Source: an uncultured virus (IMG/VR IMGVR_UViG_3300042569_001723)
Taxonomy: Duplodnaviria > Heunggongvirae > Uroviricota > Caudoviricetes
DNA length: 64,000 nt
Virus record (IMG/VR): IMGVR_UViG_3300042569_001723
Coordinates: 1 to 64,000 of that record
Strand: one strand, 5' to 3'
A program made the translations under genes and the position numbers. Positions 11,901-22,314 of this stretch are shown piece after piece (the first letter of the stretch is position 1; each line of letters opens with the position of its first letter). The notes under the pieces are model-generated. The model did not search any database and was not told the DNA's origin. It saw only the letters and a program-made list of their open reading frames with translations.

Positions 11901-12641
11901 GCAACCGGCGGTGGTTCATATGGTGCCATGTTTGCTGTCGACAGAAATGTAACAACACCTTATCTTTCAGTAAGATATAATGAAAGTAATAGTTTTGGTT
12001 CTTGGAGAAAAATACACGCAGGATATGCTGATACATCAGGTACCGCTGGTTCATTAAGTAGTATGAACATATCTCAATTCACTAATAATAGTGGATACAT
12101 TACTGGTATCTCATTTGCGAACGTATCATCAAAACCAACTACACTTGGTGGATATGGTATAACAGATGCTTGGCAAGCTGCAGGAAGTTGGGGTGCTGAT
12201 TTAACATCTAATGGATTTACAAGACAAATTGGTGTCGTATATACGGGGGGCGAATTTGCTATATTAACAAATAACTCACAAATATCAACACTTATTGATG
12301 GTTCATATTTTGCAGGTGAAAGTGGTGGATTTTATTCGTTAAATAATTCAAACGCATATTCAAGTAGAGTTGGTTTTTCTAGAGATGGTAGTGGTAATGC
12401 GGCATTTAATGCAAGTGTTGTACCTACAGCTAATAATACATACAACTTAGGTTCAGCATCACTTGGATGGGCGAACGTTTATACGAATGACTTACATTTA
12501 AGTAATATGAATAAACCTGAAGGAAATGATATCGATGGAACAAATGGTACGTGGACTATTCAGGAAGGTGCAGAAAATCTGTATATTATAAATAATAACA
12601 ACGGAAAGAAATTTAAAATATCATTAGAGGAAATTATATAG
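5949..12641 (+). CDS. Giant fibre protein (2230 aa) with five Ser/Thr-rich Gly-X-Y repeat tracts
   Basis: [13 protein letters not shown] tracts separated by repeated [22 protein letters not shown] and [15 protein letters not shown] modules; KPTTxxGYGITDA fibre motif; C-term [24 protein letters not shown]. Confidence 0.8.
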   Translation: MGNEFKVKNGIIVSGSAEIENDLIVHGTLTATQIDLTVVSSSVLFQSGSTKFGDSSDDVHNMTGSVYITGSITLNGSPIGTGKLDQTEFYTYTTSLDQKTGSFATTGSNTFVGTEIISGSVNIVGGDLIINGTSYNSQTSGTSGTSGTAGSSGTSGSSGSAGTSGTSGTSGSSGSAGTSGTSGSSGSAGTSGSSGTRGTSGSSGSSGTSGTSGSSGSSGSAGTSGTSGSSGSSGTAGSSGTSGLLTLTGTTDNGIITLNGSAPNATVESNLRFDGSTLSVTGSGTVSGNLTVQGNLTAQQFIVSSSVTHLTTSFSSGSTKFGDTIDDNHNFTGSVFITGALQIPKSASNPTGTVSGQLYYNTTDTNIYRYDGSFWLKAAGTSGTSGTSGSSGSAGTSGTSGSSGSAGTSGTSGSSGSTGTSGTSGSSGSAGTSGTAGSSGSAGTSGTSGSSGSAGTSGTSGSSGSAGTSGSSGSAGTSGSSGSAGSSGSAGTSGSSGSSGSAGTSGTSGTSGSTGTSGTSGSSGSSGTSGSSGTSITTSGTNNTVVKFTSTSTVGNSNIKDDGTTIQLGSNTQITGSLVVSGNLTAQQFIVSSSVTHLTTSFSSGSTKFGDDIFDNHNFTGSVIVTGSLQIPLTTSPLLAATGAIYYNTTDTNIYRYDGTNWLKAAGTSGTSGTSGSSGSAGTSGSSGSTGTSGSSGSSGTRGTSGSSGSAGTSGTSGSSGSAGTSGTSGGTGSSGSSGSSGSSGTSGTTGTSGSSGTAGTSGTSGSSGSTGTSGSSGTSGTSGSSGSAGTSGTSGSSGSTGTSGTSGSSGATGSSGSSGSSGTRGTSGSSGSAGTSGTSGTSGSSGTSGSSGTSITTSGTNNTIVKFTSTSTVGNSNLTDDGTTFRVGQNAIVTGSLTVTGNLIAQQYIVSSSVSYITTSFASGSTKFGDSSDDVHNFTGSLNIGGGGKLTVATVGGDEGGEILLGKAATNTTLAGDGVTIDVWQNRLRIFEQGGNARGGYFDISTLANGVGTNLITAGSSGTSGTAGTSGTSGINGSSGTSGSSGTSGTSGTSGTSGSAGTSGSSGSTGTSGTSGSSGTRGTSGSSGSSGSAGTSGSSGSSGSAGTSGSSGTSGTSGSAGTSGSSGSSGSAGTSGSSGTSGTSGSSGATGSSGSSGSSGTRGTSGSSGSTGTSGTSGSSGATGSSGTSGTSGSSGATGSSGSSGSAGTSGTSGSSGTSITTSGTNNTLTKFTSTTTVGNATNLTDDGTTFRIGENTIVTGSLVVTGNLTAQQFIVSSSVTHLTTSFASGSSKFGDTIDDTHQFTGSVRITGSLQIPSASANPTGTATGSIYYNTTDSNIYRYDGSFWLKSAGSSGTSGTSGSAGTSGTAGSSGSAGTSGTSGSSGSAGTSGTSGTSGSSGATGSSGTSGSSGATGSSGSSGSSGTRGTSGSSGSAGTSGTSGSSGTSGTSGSSGATGSSGSSGTAGTSGSSGATGSSGTSGTSGSSGATGSSGSSGTAGSSGSSGATGSSGTSGSSGTRGTSGSSGTAGTSGSSGSSGSSGTSGTSITTSGANNTLVKFTSTSTVGNSNLTDDGTTIRLASNSIVTGSLVVTGNLTAQQLIISSSVMHLTQSFASGSHKFGDTADDNHDFTGSVRINGSIVSTTTALVSGSSQIDLTATTNYSTGIKTRLNAEGVISGSSQVTGIGNSQLTNSSFNIGTTSISLGRASASQTLTGVSIDGNSATVTNGVYTTGDQTIAGIKTFSNRVVFNSAVANRPQFPGGILGLDTGDGNFDIWGISRDYYPSHGTGANAWGLRWNGDNNDFEFVGGGTNRVILDMDGGNITSTGTISASNFSGTSSGTNTGDQTNITGNAATATTAGALSSMNISQFTNNSGYITGISFANVSSKPTTISGYGITDAITTGNIGSQTVASAGNSTTVGNLTPIQFFNNMGDSHGTRTSFDASTPSYNFGFRYVQGSTNGPGTGGGQFYSWYIGLGNDYPATGGGSYGAMFAVDRNVTTPYLSVRYNESNSFGSWRKIHAGYADTSGTAGSLSSMNISQFTNNSGYITGISFANVSSKPTTLGGYGITDAWQAAGSWGADLTSNGFTRQIGVVYTGGEFAILTNNSQISTLIDGSYFAGESGGFYSLNNSNAYSSRVGFSRDGSGNAAFNASVVPTANNTYNLGSASLGWANVYTNDLHLSNMNKPEGNDIDGTNGTWTIQEGAENLYIINNNNGKKFKISLEEII

Positions 12642-12642
12642 T

Positions 12643-14076
12643 ATGCCAGTATATGTAAAAACAAATGTGTTGGATAAAGATGACATAACATCTGGTGGTA
12701 TATTCAAAGAAAATATTATTAGAGCAGGTCTTCAAGCCTACTATGATGTAAATAATTTTTATTCTTATCCAAACGGTGGTAGTGCATGGAATAATATCGC
12801 TAGAGACCATAGTAATTTAACCATACAAAATGGTATGGGAACATCAACATTTAATGGAGTAAAAGGGTTCAATATGAACTTCGATGGTGCTGTTGTTAGT
12901 GGTACATATAGTGGTACTCAACCAAATGCTCAAGCAACTTTTGAAGCGTGGATTTATGCCTCAGCATCCGAAATAACGTCTGGCGATAGAGGAACAATTA
13001 TATTATTACAAGGTGCTGGTTGCGGTCAATATATGAGTTGGAATAAATCTAATCAATACATGTCAACATATTGGTATTGTAGTGATGCGAATGGGTATCA
13101 CGAAACTAATGGACCATCACCTAGAAAGACTTGGCATCATTGGTGTACAGTATGGGATGGTAGAGCGGGTAGATTGTATCAATATGTAAATGGAACTTTT
13201 GTTGGTATTGCCACAACAACAAATTCTGGTGCACCTGGCACTAATTTAATAATTGGTAGAGAAAGTGGTGATAGACAATTCGGAGGTAGTATTGCTGAAG
13301 TTAGAATTTATAATAGATCATTAACACCATCTGAGGTTTTACAAAACTATTTTGCAACAAGAGAAAAATATCATGGAATAACAAGAGGATTACAAACATG
13401 GGTTGATTCGGCTTCATTAGCTTCGTACCCTGGTAGCGGTGGGTCAATGACTGATTTAAGTGGAAATAGTAGAACATTAACACTTTATAATGGTTATTCT
13501 TATAGTTCTAGTAACGAAGGTGTGATTAATTTTGATGGTGTTGGTGGAATGGGTATTTTCAGTGGAAGTGCCCCAGATTTTGCATGGTCACCAAATGGTG
13601 CTATAGGTCGTTCAACAATGACAATCGAAATGTGGGTAAAATCATCTGATACTAATGGTGTTTTTTTCACAAAACCTTGGAATGGTTCTGGACAATATAA
13701 TATTTGGATATTCCCTGGTTCATTCTATTTATTCGCTGGTTCAACAGCTACTGATATTGGGTTTGCTAGAACACTATCTAACAATACATGGACGCACATT
13801 GTTTGTTGGGCAGATTCAACAAACATGGGTTACTATATAAATGGTGGTGAATTTAGTGGGTCAAGAAGTCACGGAATAACTGGCGATGCACCATCATCAG
13901 GAAACGCAAATGTTGGCGCTGGTGTTTTCACTTTATATCCTTATGGTTCTTGGGGTGGTAACACTGGTTTTAGTATTGATGGACAAATGGGTTTATGTAA
14001 AGTATATAACAGAGTTTTATCTGCTGATGAAGCAGGTCAAGCTTTTAGAACACAAAAAGCAAGATTCGGATTATAA
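12643..14076 (+). CDS. Tandem LamG/concanavalin A-like lectin domain protein
   Basis: Two repeats of SYPxxG..W/M.DLS, TxExW, WxHxxxxW and G.I..V(R/K)xYNRxL motifs. Confidence 0.75.
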   Translation: MPVYVKTNVLDKDDITSGGIFKENIIRAGLQAYYDVNNFYSYPNGGSAWNNIARDHSNLTIQNGMGTSTFNGVKGFNMNFDGAVVSGTYSGTQPNAQATFEAWIYASASEITSGDRGTIILLQGAGCGQYMSWNKSNQYMSTYWYCSDANGYHETNGPSPRKTWHHWCTVWDGRAGRLYQYVNGTFVGIATTTNSGAPGTNLIIGRESGDRQFGGSIAEVRIYNRSLTPSEVLQNYFATREKYHGITRGLQTWVDSASLASYPGSGGSMTDLSGNSRTLTLYNGYSYSSSNEGVINFDGVGGMGIFSGSAPDFAWSPNGAIGRSTMTIEMWVKSSDTNGVFFTKPWNGSGQYNIWIFPGSFYLFAGSTATDIGFARTLSNNTWTHIVCWADSTNMGYYINGGEFSGSRSHGITGDAPSSGNANVGAGVFTLYPYGSWGGNTGFSIDGQMGLCKVYNRVLSADEAGQAFRTQKARFGL

Positions 14077-14873
14077 TGAGTTTAATAATAGGTGGAAATA
14101 GTATATCGTCATCAAGTGCCAATTCTGGGGCAGAAATTAAATCTTTTTATAATTTCCCTACAGATGGATTGGTATTGGACTTAAACGCAAATAACTATCA
14201 AGGTAGTTCATCTACTTGGTGTGATTCTGTTTATGGTATGTGTTTTAATAGTAGAAATAGTGGTGAACCATATACAACAACACCAACACCAAAAGTTTGG
14301 GTTAATAGTGTACCGGCAATAGCGTTTAATGGTCAAAGTTGGTGGGAAAGTGCGAATACCACACAAACAGATAGAGTTGACTTGAGAGGAGCATTCACGT
14401 TAGTTATGATATATTGGTTTCCTTCTAATAGTGCTAGACATAATTTATTTGAAAAAGCGGGAACGTCATATGCATCATATCAGCAAGAATTGGCAACAAC
14501 TTGGGAGGTTGGTAACACCCTTTCTTATTATAGATCTGGTGGACAAGAAGGTACATATGATTATGCAAACACTAAAGCATATACAACAAATAGATGGACT
14601 TTTATAGCAATTAAAAGTAATGGTGCACATAATTCGGGATTTTATTATGACCAATCATCTGGTTGGGTATCTGATTATACTAGTAGAAGTGATACAAACA
14701 TACTAAGGTCAAGTACGGTGAGAATAGGTAACGGATATACTGGAATAATGGAAGTAGGTTATTTACACTCTTGTATGGTATGGAACGTTGATTTGAATTC
14801 AACAAGAATAAACGAAGTCTATAATTATTATAGCAACCTATTTACATTAATGGGTACAACATTATTCGCATAA
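14076..14873 (+). CDS. LamG-like domain protein
   Basis: DGLVLDLNANNYQG...FTLVM...WTFIAI...WNVDL; translationally coupled (TAATG). Confidence 0.6.
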   Translation: MSLIIGGNSISSSSANSGAEIKSFYNFPTDGLVLDLNANNYQGSSSTWCDSVYGMCFNSRNSGEPYTTTPTPKVWVNSVPAIAFNGQSWWESANTTQTDRVDLRGAFTLVMIYWFPSNSARHNLFEKAGTSYASYQQELATTWEVGNTLSYYRSGGQEGTYDYANTKAYTTNRWTFIAIKSNGAHNSGFYYDQSSGWVSDYTSRSDTNILRSSTVRIGNGYTGIMEVGYLHSCMVWNVDLNSTRINEVYNYYSNLFTLMGTTLFA

Positions 14874-14876
14874 ACT

Positions 14877-15647
14877 ATGTCAATATTCATCGGCACATCA
14901 CAGTTAGGTACAAGGTCTTTCGACTCATCTGGGACATCTAATTTTACATTATTATTAGATGGGTCAACAGCTGAAAAAGCGGCACCATCAGCAAACTATT
15001 TAAAGTTTAATGCTGGTATAACAACCAATGGAATTTACTGGTTGAATCCAGGTGGGTTAGGGGCAAATCAGTTTTATCTAAATTTTGATTTTGATTCAAC
15101 AAGAGTATGGACTATGGTTATTGCTAATAGAATCAATACCAGCGGTATGAGTAATTTAACATTTGCAAATGCAACTGGTGCGGTTGTCAATAGCAGAGGA
15201 ACATATGATGCTAATTTAAATTTTAATTTATGGGTTGGGCTAAATTATTGGCCATACTTAGGAAATACAATAAATCAATACGTTTCTACTTCAGCAACTG
15301 GGCTATCTGGTTCACACACTAAAAGATCAAGATGGAAGTATAGTGGATGGGCCAGTAATTATTCTTTTTTATACCCGAGATCAATAGTTAATGATGTTGG
15401 TGGATCAACACCAGGTTGGTACTCTTATCATGCAGTAAATCAGTATAGTTTATCAACATTTGATAATGCAAACGGAAATGGTTGTGGTTGTTCTGCACAA
15501 TACATTAACAATCCATTTTGGTATGGATGTTGTTGGTCAGGAAATTATTTTGCTGGAGGTGGATATGCTGACGCTCCGTATTGGGATGGTTCAGGTGGTG
15601 ATTATCATAACTATGGGGCAGCTTTTTTAGCATTTACAGACATTTAA
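14877..15647 (+). CDS. Fibrinogen C-terminal/intelectin-like domain protein
   Basis: DGSTAEKAAPSA, NGIYWLNP, WTMV, LSTFDN..GCGCS..Y..PFWYGCC pattern. Confidence 0.6.
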   Translation: MSIFIGTSQLGTRSFDSSGTSNFTLLLDGSTAEKAAPSANYLKFNAGITTNGIYWLNPGGLGANQFYLNFDFDSTRVWTMVIANRINTSGMSNLTFANATGAVVNSRGTYDANLNFNLWVGLNYWPYLGNTINQYVSTSATGLSGSHTKRSRWKYSGWASNYSFLYPRSIVNDVGGSTPGWYSYHAVNQYSLSTFDNANGNGCGCSAQYINNPFWYGCCWSGNYFAGGGYADAPYWDGSGGDYHNYGAAFLAFTDI

Positions 15648-15658
15648 TATTTAATATT

Positions 15659-15862
15659 ATGAATATAACAATAGAAAAAATATCAGACGAGAAATTTGAA
15701 ATAACAATTAAAGATGGTGAAACAATTATTTTTAATGACGTTCGTTATCACAATTACATGGAAGAAATTGTAATGGATGGTGAAAAAATAAACGATACAA
15801 TACAGCAACTATCATCATTATTTGGTGAACTAAATGTTGTCCAAAATGATTTTGTTCAATGA
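15659..15862 (+). CDS. Small acidic hypothetical protein
   Basis: 67-aa ORF in operon; stop overlaps next ATG. Confidence 0.6.
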   Translation: MNITIEKISDEKFEITIKDGETIIFNDVRYHNYMEEIVMDGEKINDTIQQLSSLFGELNVVQNDFVQ

Positions 15863-15981
15863 GAATAGAAGAAGGTGTTGATAAAGACAATATCCAATGT
15901 TGGTTTGTACTTGACGGGGCAGATTTAATTGGTATATTTTATACATTAGAAGAAGCCCAAAACAATTTAAACAATGAGTAG
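15859..15981 (+). CDS. Small hypothetical protein (40 aa)
   Basis: Manual translation MRIEEGVDKDNIQCWFVLDGADLIGIFYTLEEAQNNLNNE; ATGA coupling. Confidence 0.55.
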   Translation: MRIEEGVDKDNIQCWFVLDGADLIGIFYTLEEAQNNLNNE

Positions 15982-16150
15982 AAAGTTTATTAACATGTAT
16001 CAAGATAATTCTAATTTTTCGGGATACTATATTGTCGAATATATTGATGAAAATGGTGACATTAAAAAAGATAGGTTTGATACAGATTTAGATGCGCAAG
16101 AATTTTATCTTGAGTTGATGCAGGAGAGAAATACTACACAATTCGAATAA
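15974..16150 (+). CDS. Small hypothetical protein (58 aa)
   Basis: Manual translation MSRKFINMYQDNSNFSGYYIVEYIDENG...; fills the gap and overlaps the previous stop. Confidence 0.55.
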   Translation: MSRKFINMYQDNSNFSGYYIVEYIDENGDIKKDRFDTDLDAQEFYLELMQERNTTQFE

Positions 16151-16169
16151 TTATTCTTAAATTATCCCT

Positions 16170-16895
16170 ATGAATAACATAGGATTTGGTATATTTTGTT
16201 TTGGTGAGGAGTATTATTATAAAGGTACCAAAGAAAAAATCAAAGAATTATTGAATGTGGGTTTATCTGTTTATGTATTGACAGATAAACCTGAAGAATT
16301 TACAGGAGTGACTGTAATTCAATATGATAGACATTTAAAATCATATTCAGATAAGATGATATTACCAAAATACATCTTAAAAAATCATGACATCTGCATA
16401 TTATTTGATGCAGACACACACGTCACAGATTATTCATTTTTAGAATTATTAAAAACATATAATTTCAAAAAAGGTATAACATATGTTGATACTCTATTGA
16501 ACCATAAAGCAAAGAAAGAATTTGTAAAAGAATTGGTTAATGAAACCAATCCTGAATGGAAAACCTATGTTGATTATGCAACTATGTTATACCCACAATT
16601 TATTGAACATGAAACAATATGGGAATATTTCTTGGTAATCAATAAAGATGGGTTTAATAATGATTCGTTTTATCATTACTATGAGAAATTACAATTGGTT
16701 AAAGAATATTCTGACCTTCCATTGAAAAAAGAGGTAAATGGAGCGGGAGAAGGTATATCGATACAGATAAGTTGTAAATCTGCTAACATAGAATTACAAA
16801 GAGATATTGAATTGTATAAATTATTGGAAGGTAAGATGATAAGTATAAGTAGAAGACACACACCACAACATTTGTGGCCAAATTGGATGAAATGA
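16170..16895 (+). CDS. Putative GT-A-fold glycosyltransferase-like protein
   Basis: VYVLTDKPEEF and ILFDAD (DxD) motifs; first gene of the modification island. Confidence 0.5.
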   Translation: MNNIGFGIFCFGEEYYYKGTKEKIKELLNVGLSVYVLTDKPEEFTGVTVIQYDRHLKSYSDKMILPKYILKNHDICILFDADTHVTDYSFLELLKTYNFKKGITYVDTLLNHKAKKEFVKELVNETNPEWKTYVDYATMLYPQFIEHETIWEYFLVINKDGFNNDSFYHYYEKLQLVKEYSDLPLKKEVNGAGEGISIQISCKSANIELQRDIELYKLLEGKMISISRRHTPQHLWPNWMK

Positions 16896-17620
16896 TAACG
16901 AATGATGATTTTATAAAAAAGAATATCACCAACAATGGTGATGAACCGGTACCATATCGTTGGACACACGGTGCAACCGATTTACACATGGGCGACGGAC
17001 TTTTGGTATATTCTATCATCCAACACATGAGAGCTAAAATTTGCGTCTGTATTGGGTCAGGAGGAGGGTTTATACCAAGAATCATGACCCAAGCTAGAAT
17101 TGATTTACATAAACAAAATATATTTGAAGGAAATGGAGACTATAATTGGGGTGACATTGGTACTAGCTACGTTGTTGACGCTTGCAATGGTATTGGCGGC
17201 CCAAACGATTTGGATAATGAAGAATCATTCTACCGGACAAATTTTTATCCGAGGTTTATTAAATCGACTTCTGTCGACGCGTATTATGATTTTTTTGTTA
17301 GACAAGATATTAAAATAGATGTACTATTCATTGATGGTGATCACTCATATGAAGGAGTTAAAACCGATTTTGAATTATATTCAAAGATAATGTCAGATAA
17401 TGGTATAATCATTATACATGACACAGATGAAAACTATGAAGAAACGTTAATTGTTTCTGAAGATTCCAAAAAAGACCACTACCGATTTGACGGTCCATCA
17501 AAGTTCATTAAAGAACTTGAAAAAAATACCGATTATAATTTGATTAATTTACATAATTTTCGTATATTAATGGATAAACCATCTTCAAGCGGTATAACCA
17601 TTATTAATAAGAAAAAATGA
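16892..17620 (+). CDS. Class I SAM-dependent methyltransferase (Methyltransf_24-like)
   Basis: CIGSGGG motif I; IDVLFIDGDHSYEGVKTDF...GIIIIHD; ATG at 16892 overlaps upstream TGA. Confidence 0.8.
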   Translation: MITNDDFIKKNITNNGDEPVPYRWTHGATDLHMGDGLLVYSIIQHMRAKICVCIGSGGGFIPRIMTQARIDLHKQNIFEGNGDYNWGDIGTSYVVDACNGIGGPNDLDNEESFYRTNFYPRFIKSTSVDAYYDFFVRQDIKIDVLFIDGDHSYEGVKTDFELYSKIMSDNGIIIIHDTDENYEETLIVSEDSKKDHYRFDGPSKFIKELEKNTDYNLINLHNFRILMDKPSSSGITIINKKK

Positions 17621-18474
17621 TTAGGTCATTAACAGTTATAGGTCACGGAACAAATTTATTACCACATTTTATTGAACATTATAGTGCATATGTTGATGAG
17701 ATTCAACTAGTTGTCTACGAAACTAATTTGTGCCCTAATTTAGGAAAAGAGGTGAATGAAATCACTGAAAACTACTCAAATGTTAAAATAATTAAGATAG
17801 TTAAAGACAGGGTATTTGATTGGCAAAAAGTCACAACACTTTATAACATGTATAAAGCCAAACATCCCAAAGATTGGTGGGTTATTGCTGATATTGATGA
17901 ATTTCATTTATATCCATATGATGACATAAAAAAAACAATTAAAGATTGTAATGATAATGGTTGGGAAATTATTAGAGGAGGTTTTATAGATAGGATTGGT
18001 CCTAATGGTAGTTTCCCCACAATAGAAACGGACGTCAGTATATGGAAACAATTTCCAAATGCAGGTTTTTTTAGATATCCAATGAGTAAAGCATGCCCTA
18101 ATAAAATTTCTTTAGTTAAAGGGAGTGTTGAGATAACATCTGGACAACACTATGCTAAAATAGATGGGCAAACAACTTGGAAATGGCAAGGTTGGAATCA
18201 TCCATTAATTGCACCATTCCATGATTATTCTGTACAGGTACATCATTTTAAATGGGATTCTACAAGTATAGATAGAGTTAAGGAAGTTGCACAAATAAAA
18301 CAAGAATATGCATATTCTAGTGAATATGAATTAATGTTTAAATCTTTGTTTAAATCCAAATTTAAAATAGATTTAAATGGGGATGATTATATGTTTGAAT
18401 TAGGATTAACTAAACCCGAATATAACCAATATAAAAATTGGAAAAATTTATTTAATAAAATCGTAACAATATGA
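17617..18474 (+). CDS. Glycosyltransferase family 2-like protein
   Basis: LLPHFIEHY..YVD and WWVIADIDEF motifs; late HHFKW. Confidence 0.7.
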   Translation: MIRSLTVIGHGTNLLPHFIEHYSAYVDEIQLVVYETNLCPNLGKEVNEITENYSNVKIIKIVKDRVFDWQKVTTLYNMYKAKHPKDWWVIADIDEFHLYPYDDIKKTIKDCNDNGWEIIRGGFIDRIGPNGSFPTIETDVSIWKQFPNAGFFRYPMSKACPNKISLVKGSVEITSGQHYAKIDGQTTWKWQGWNHPLIAPFHDYSVQVHHFKWDSTSIDRVKEVAQIKQEYAYSSEYELMFKSLFKSKFKIDLNGDDYMFELGLTKPEYNQYKNWKNLFNKIVTI

Positions 18475-18659
18475 CAGAAGAACAACAAATTTTAGAAACA
18501 AGAAAAGTTAAGGCATTAGAAAAAATTGCCAACTCATTAGATGCCCTGACCATTTGGTTTGAAGAAATCGATAAACAAGAATGGAGCGATAGAATACAAT
18601 ACTATCTATCGGAATGGCACAATACAACAAAACCAAAAGATCCAACAATAAATGGATAA
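18471..18659 (+). CDS. Small helical hypothetical protein
   Basis: 62 aa, overlaps the genes on both sides. Confidence 0.6.
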   Translation: MTEEQQILETRKVKALEKIANSLDALTIWFEEIDKQEWSDRIQYYLSEWHNTTKPKDPTING

Positions 18660-20076
18660 CCATAAATTAGGTGTTATTGTTCCACATCGAAATAGAGAAA
18701 ATCAATTAAATGTATTTTTATTTGAAATTAAATCTTATCTCGATTTAGCCAAGATTGATTACGAAATAATTGTAGTCAATCAAGACAATGCAAAACAATT
18801 TAATCGAGGAATGCTTCTAAACATTGGATTTAAAGAGGCAAAAAAATTAAAATGTGACTATGTTGTATTTCATGATGTGGACATGATACCAATTAAGGTT
18901 GATTACTCATATTCAGATATTCCATTACATCTGGCCACTAATTTTGAATTAAATGAGGGTGAGAAAGAAAGAGAAATATTCGATCAATATTTTGGTGGAG
19001 TTACGATGTTTCCTATTGAATCCTTTATTCAAATTGATGGTTATTCTAACAAGTATTGGGCTTGGGGTTATGAAGATACGGACTTACTATATAGATGTGT
19101 TAAAAAAGGAATTGAATTGGATACTTTACGTTTAAAGAACTATGGTAGAAAAGGTAAAACATTAAAGTTTAATGGTGTTGATGCTTACGTTGAATGTGAG
19201 AACGTTATTGATTTAAATCAAAATGCAACTTTCTTCATTTCATTTTGCCCTGATAAATTATTTTTAAATCACGAAAAGGAATCCGATGAGTTTACTACTT
19301 TTAGTATTCCTGGTTGGGATTTTGCGGTGTGTTATAATTCTTTCTCAAGATATAATTTCTGTACATTCGATGCCTTACATAATTCATTATATGTTAACTC
19401 CAATATCAAACCAAATTATATAACAAATATGGTTGTGGTTTTAGATAGAATGAATAATAACATCAAAGTATATCAAGACGGTCACTTCATTGGTGAGACT
19501 CCAACATTCAGAAAATTACACTTCTATAAAAAAGAAAAGAATTTTTATTTAGGTGTGGGAAGACCAGATAGAGAAATCATACCCAATTTTTTTAGAGGAA
19601 CCATAGACAGTTTTGCATATTATGATGAAATTCTAAATGAAGATGAAATTAAGGAAATATCATATAATCAAACAGAGTTATTAACTAAAAATTTTGGTAA
19701 CTACAAATCATCCTCATCATTAGTGACATACTATGATGCCAATTTTATAGAAAACTATAAGTTAAAGGATTTGAAAGGTGATAATAATGGTAAAATAAAG
19801 AAATGTGAAATTATAGATGTTGAATTTGATGAGTATACCGAAATTAAAATACCACATAGAAGACAATGTACATTTAAGTCACTACCTCACGAAGAGAATG
19901 GTTTTTTAGGTAATAAATGGAAAGACCAAGCAACTAGGTGGAATCAATTACGATTTCATAATGAGGTCTCACTTAATGATGAGTTATTAAACAATGACGG
20001 GTTAACAACATTAACATTTCATGTACACGGTAAACACCAAGAAAATAAAGTAACACAAATTAATGTAGGATTATGA
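18652..20076 (+). CDS. GT7 (beta-1,4-galactosyltransferase-like) glycosyltransferase with inserted LamG domain
   Basis: IVPHRNRE, FNRGMLLNIG, FHDVD, YFGGV, WAWGYED; then KFNGVDAYV...FFRGTID LamG; GT7 C-term NDGLTTL. Confidence 0.8.
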   Translation: MDNHKLGVIVPHRNRENQLNVFLFEIKSYLDLAKIDYEIIVVNQDNAKQFNRGMLLNIGFKEAKKLKCDYVVFHDVDMIPIKVDYSYSDIPLHLATNFELNEGEKEREIFDQYFGGVTMFPIESFIQIDGYSNKYWAWGYEDTDLLYRCVKKGIELDTLRLKNYGRKGKTLKFNGVDAYVECENVIDLNQNATFFISFCPDKLFLNHEKESDEFTTFSIPGWDFAVCYNSFSRYNFCTFDALHNSLYVNSNIKPNYITNMVVVLDRMNNNIKVYQDGHFIGETPTFRKLHFYKKEKNFYLGVGRPDREIIPNFFRGTIDSFAYYDEILNEDEIKEISYNQTELLTKNFGNYKSSSSLVTYYDANFIENYKLKDLKGDNNGKIKKCEIIDVEFDEYTEIKIPHRRQCTFKSLPHEENGFLGNKWKDQATRWNQLRFHNEVSLNDELLNNDGLTTLTFHVHGKHQENKVTQINVGL

Positions 20077-21470
20077 GTCATAAATTAGGTATATGTGTAC
20101 CATACAGAAACAGAAAAGAACATGTAGAGAGGTTAATACCACATCTATCAAAACATTTAAATGAAAAGGGTATTGAACATACATTTTATGTAGGACATCA
20201 AGTGGATGATAAATTATTTAACAGAGGTGCGATGAAGAACATTGCTGCTCATTATGCCTTTGAAGATGGGTGTGATTACATTGCTTGGCACGATGTCGAT
20301 ATGTTGGCTCACGAAGAGTGTGATTACTCATACCCAACAGATAATCCATTACACATTGCAACTAAGTTATCTAAATATAACTATGGGTTAGGTTATGATC
20401 AATACTTCGGAGGTGTTGTTCTTTTTACTAAAGAACAAGCATATAAAACCAACGGATATTCCAACGATTATTGGGATTGGGGTCAAGAAGATGACGATTT
20501 ATTTTGGAGATGTTATTTTGAAGGGTTAACAACGGGAAGAGTTATAAAAACAGAAAAGAATAAATTAATTGCTAATTTTAATGGAAACGATTCTGCATTA
20601 TGTATTCCAACAAATAGAGAAATTAGTTCTTGTTTACATAATGACCACACAATAACAATTACATTCAATGCTGACCAACAAGAAGATAAGGTACCAATTT
20701 GGTTAGTGGGAGATAAAAATAAACGGTTCATCGAATATCCTCTATTAAGAAAGGATGGTAGTTGGACGTGGGGATTATCTTTTAACAATTCAAGAGCGGT
20801 TACTATGAATGTTTTTGATAGAACAAACATGAGACATTACAATTGGGCAAAAAGATTTGAGGGTATGTGGACACAAATCACATTAAGTCATAACTCAGAA
20901 GAAAAACAAATTTACTTTTACGTTAATGATGAATTGATATCTCAAATGGACGGAATGAAACAAAATATACCATTCCCAATTAGAGAAAACTTAAGATTAC
21001 ACGATGCGGTTAAACCGTTTTTATTGGGGTTTTGTTCACATACTAATACAAGTTTTAAGGGTAAAATATCCGATTTTAAAATCTATAATAAGTTTTTTAA
21101 TAATATAAGTGAGACTTATGAAAACACCGAAAATCTTATTTTAGATATGGACATGAATAGTGAAGATATAATTAGACAAAATGTTAACCTATCAATTGAA
21201 GATATTGAAATAATTGAAAATATTATTCCACACAGAAAAGAGGGTAGATTCTATTGTTTACCACATATCGACGAGGGATTCATAAACGGTGGATGGGCTA
21301 AAGGTGAAACAACAGCAAGGAACGAAAAGAGATTTGTTACAGAAATGCAACAAGGAAAAATTAATTATAGAGAGGATGGACTGAATAAAATATTAGAGGT
21401 ATTAGAGGTTGATAATATTGATAAGGATTCATATCCGAACACACACATCATTAATTGTAAAACTAAGTAA
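20073..21470 (+). CDS. GT7 glycosyltransferase paralogue with inserted LamG domain
   Basis: VPYRNRKEH, FNRGAMKN, WHDVD, YFGGV, WDWGQEDDD; LamG FNGNDS...FKGKISDFKIYN. Confidence 0.8.
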   Translation: MSHKLGICVPYRNRKEHVERLIPHLSKHLNEKGIEHTFYVGHQVDDKLFNRGAMKNIAAHYAFEDGCDYIAWHDVDMLAHEECDYSYPTDNPLHIATKLSKYNYGLGYDQYFGGVVLFTKEQAYKTNGYSNDYWDWGQEDDDLFWRCYFEGLTTGRVIKTEKNKLIANFNGNDSALCIPTNREISSCLHNDHTITITFNADQQEDKVPIWLVGDKNKRFIEYPLLRKDGSWTWGLSFNNSRAVTMNVFDRTNMRHYNWAKRFEGMWTQITLSHNSEEKQIYFYVNDELISQMDGMKQNIPFPIRENLRLHDAVKPFLLGFCSHTNTSFKGKISDFKIYNKFFNNISETYENTENLILDMDMNSEDIIRQNVNLSIEDIEIIENIIPHRKEGRFYCLPHIDEGFINGGWAKGETTARNEKRFVTEMQQGKINYREDGLNKILEVLEVDNIDKDSYPNTHIINCKTK

Positions 21471-21475
21471 GATAT

Positions 21476-22171
21476 ATGAATACATTATATACATTTGGAT
21501 GTAGTTTTACCGCTTACTATAATAATCATGAAAACTATATTAAATACAAAAAATATAAGCAAGGTAAATTCCCAAGTCATTGGACTGAATTATTATCAAA
21601 TAAGTTAAAATTAAAATTGAAGAATTTTGGATATTCAGGAATGGGGAATGACCAAATATTTCAATTGATTGCAAATAATTCTAATTCTTATGTACCTGAT
21701 GATATAATAGTTGTGGGTTGGTCTTTTACAAATAGATTTAAATGGGCAAATGATAATTTAAATGTGTGGGAAAGGATTGGTCCCGGATTTAAAGATAATA
21801 GTATGTTTATATCCGAATCAACAAAAAATGAAATAATGGTTAATAGAAGTAGTCCATTGTATATTAATGATATTAGAAATTATGAAAAATTATTGGACTT
21901 ATTTGCAAATAAATCTCAAATCAAAATATACTATTGGTCATTTGATTCAAATGTAATAAATAATAAGACAGAAAAAAATAATAATTTTATTTTATATTCA
22001 CAATTAAAGGATAACAATAGTCTTAAGGATTACATATTTGAATGTGGAGGTGATGATATTACAATGGAAACTAATTCAGAAATTAACGACCATCACTTAG
22101 GCGAAAATGGTCATAAAATACAAAGCGAATTATTTTATGATTATATTACTAATAAACAAAAATTAATATAA
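21476..22171 (+). CDS. SGNH/GDSL-like protein
   Basis: FGCSF block I, NFGYSGMGN, terminal DHHL..GH. Confidence 0.65.
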   Translation: MNTLYTFGCSFTAYYNNHENYIKYKKYKQGKFPSHWTELLSNKLKLKLKNFGYSGMGNDQIFQLIANNSNSYVPDDIIVVGWSFTNRFKWANDNLNVWERIGPGFKDNSMFISESTKNEIMVNRSSPLYINDIRNYEKLLDLFANKSQIKIYYWSFDSNVINNKTEKNNNFILYSQLKDNNSLKDYIFECGGDDITMETNSEINDHHLGENGHKIQSELFYDYITNKQKLI

Positions 22172-22178
22172 AAATGAA

Positions 22179-22313
22179 ATGAAAGATAAAATTGTAATAG
22201 CGACCATATCATCAAACAGTCAATATTATTATGTGTGTGATAAAAATTTTTTTTTAAACGATTTAATAATTTTAAATAATAACAACCCAAAACTTACGGG
22301 TAAAATAATATAA
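22179..22313 (+). CDS. Small ORF (44 aa) or gene remnant ending KLTGKII
   Basis: Manual translation; fills the gap and ends 1 nt before the next ATG. Confidence 0.35.
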   Translation: MKDKIVIATISSNSQYYYVCDKNFFLNDLIILNNNNPKLTGKII

Positions 22314-22314
22314 T

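Noticed and set aside
12643..15647. Diversity-generating retroelement targeting the lectin genes
   Set aside because: No reverse transcriptase and no template/variable repeat pair differing at adenines seen in the window
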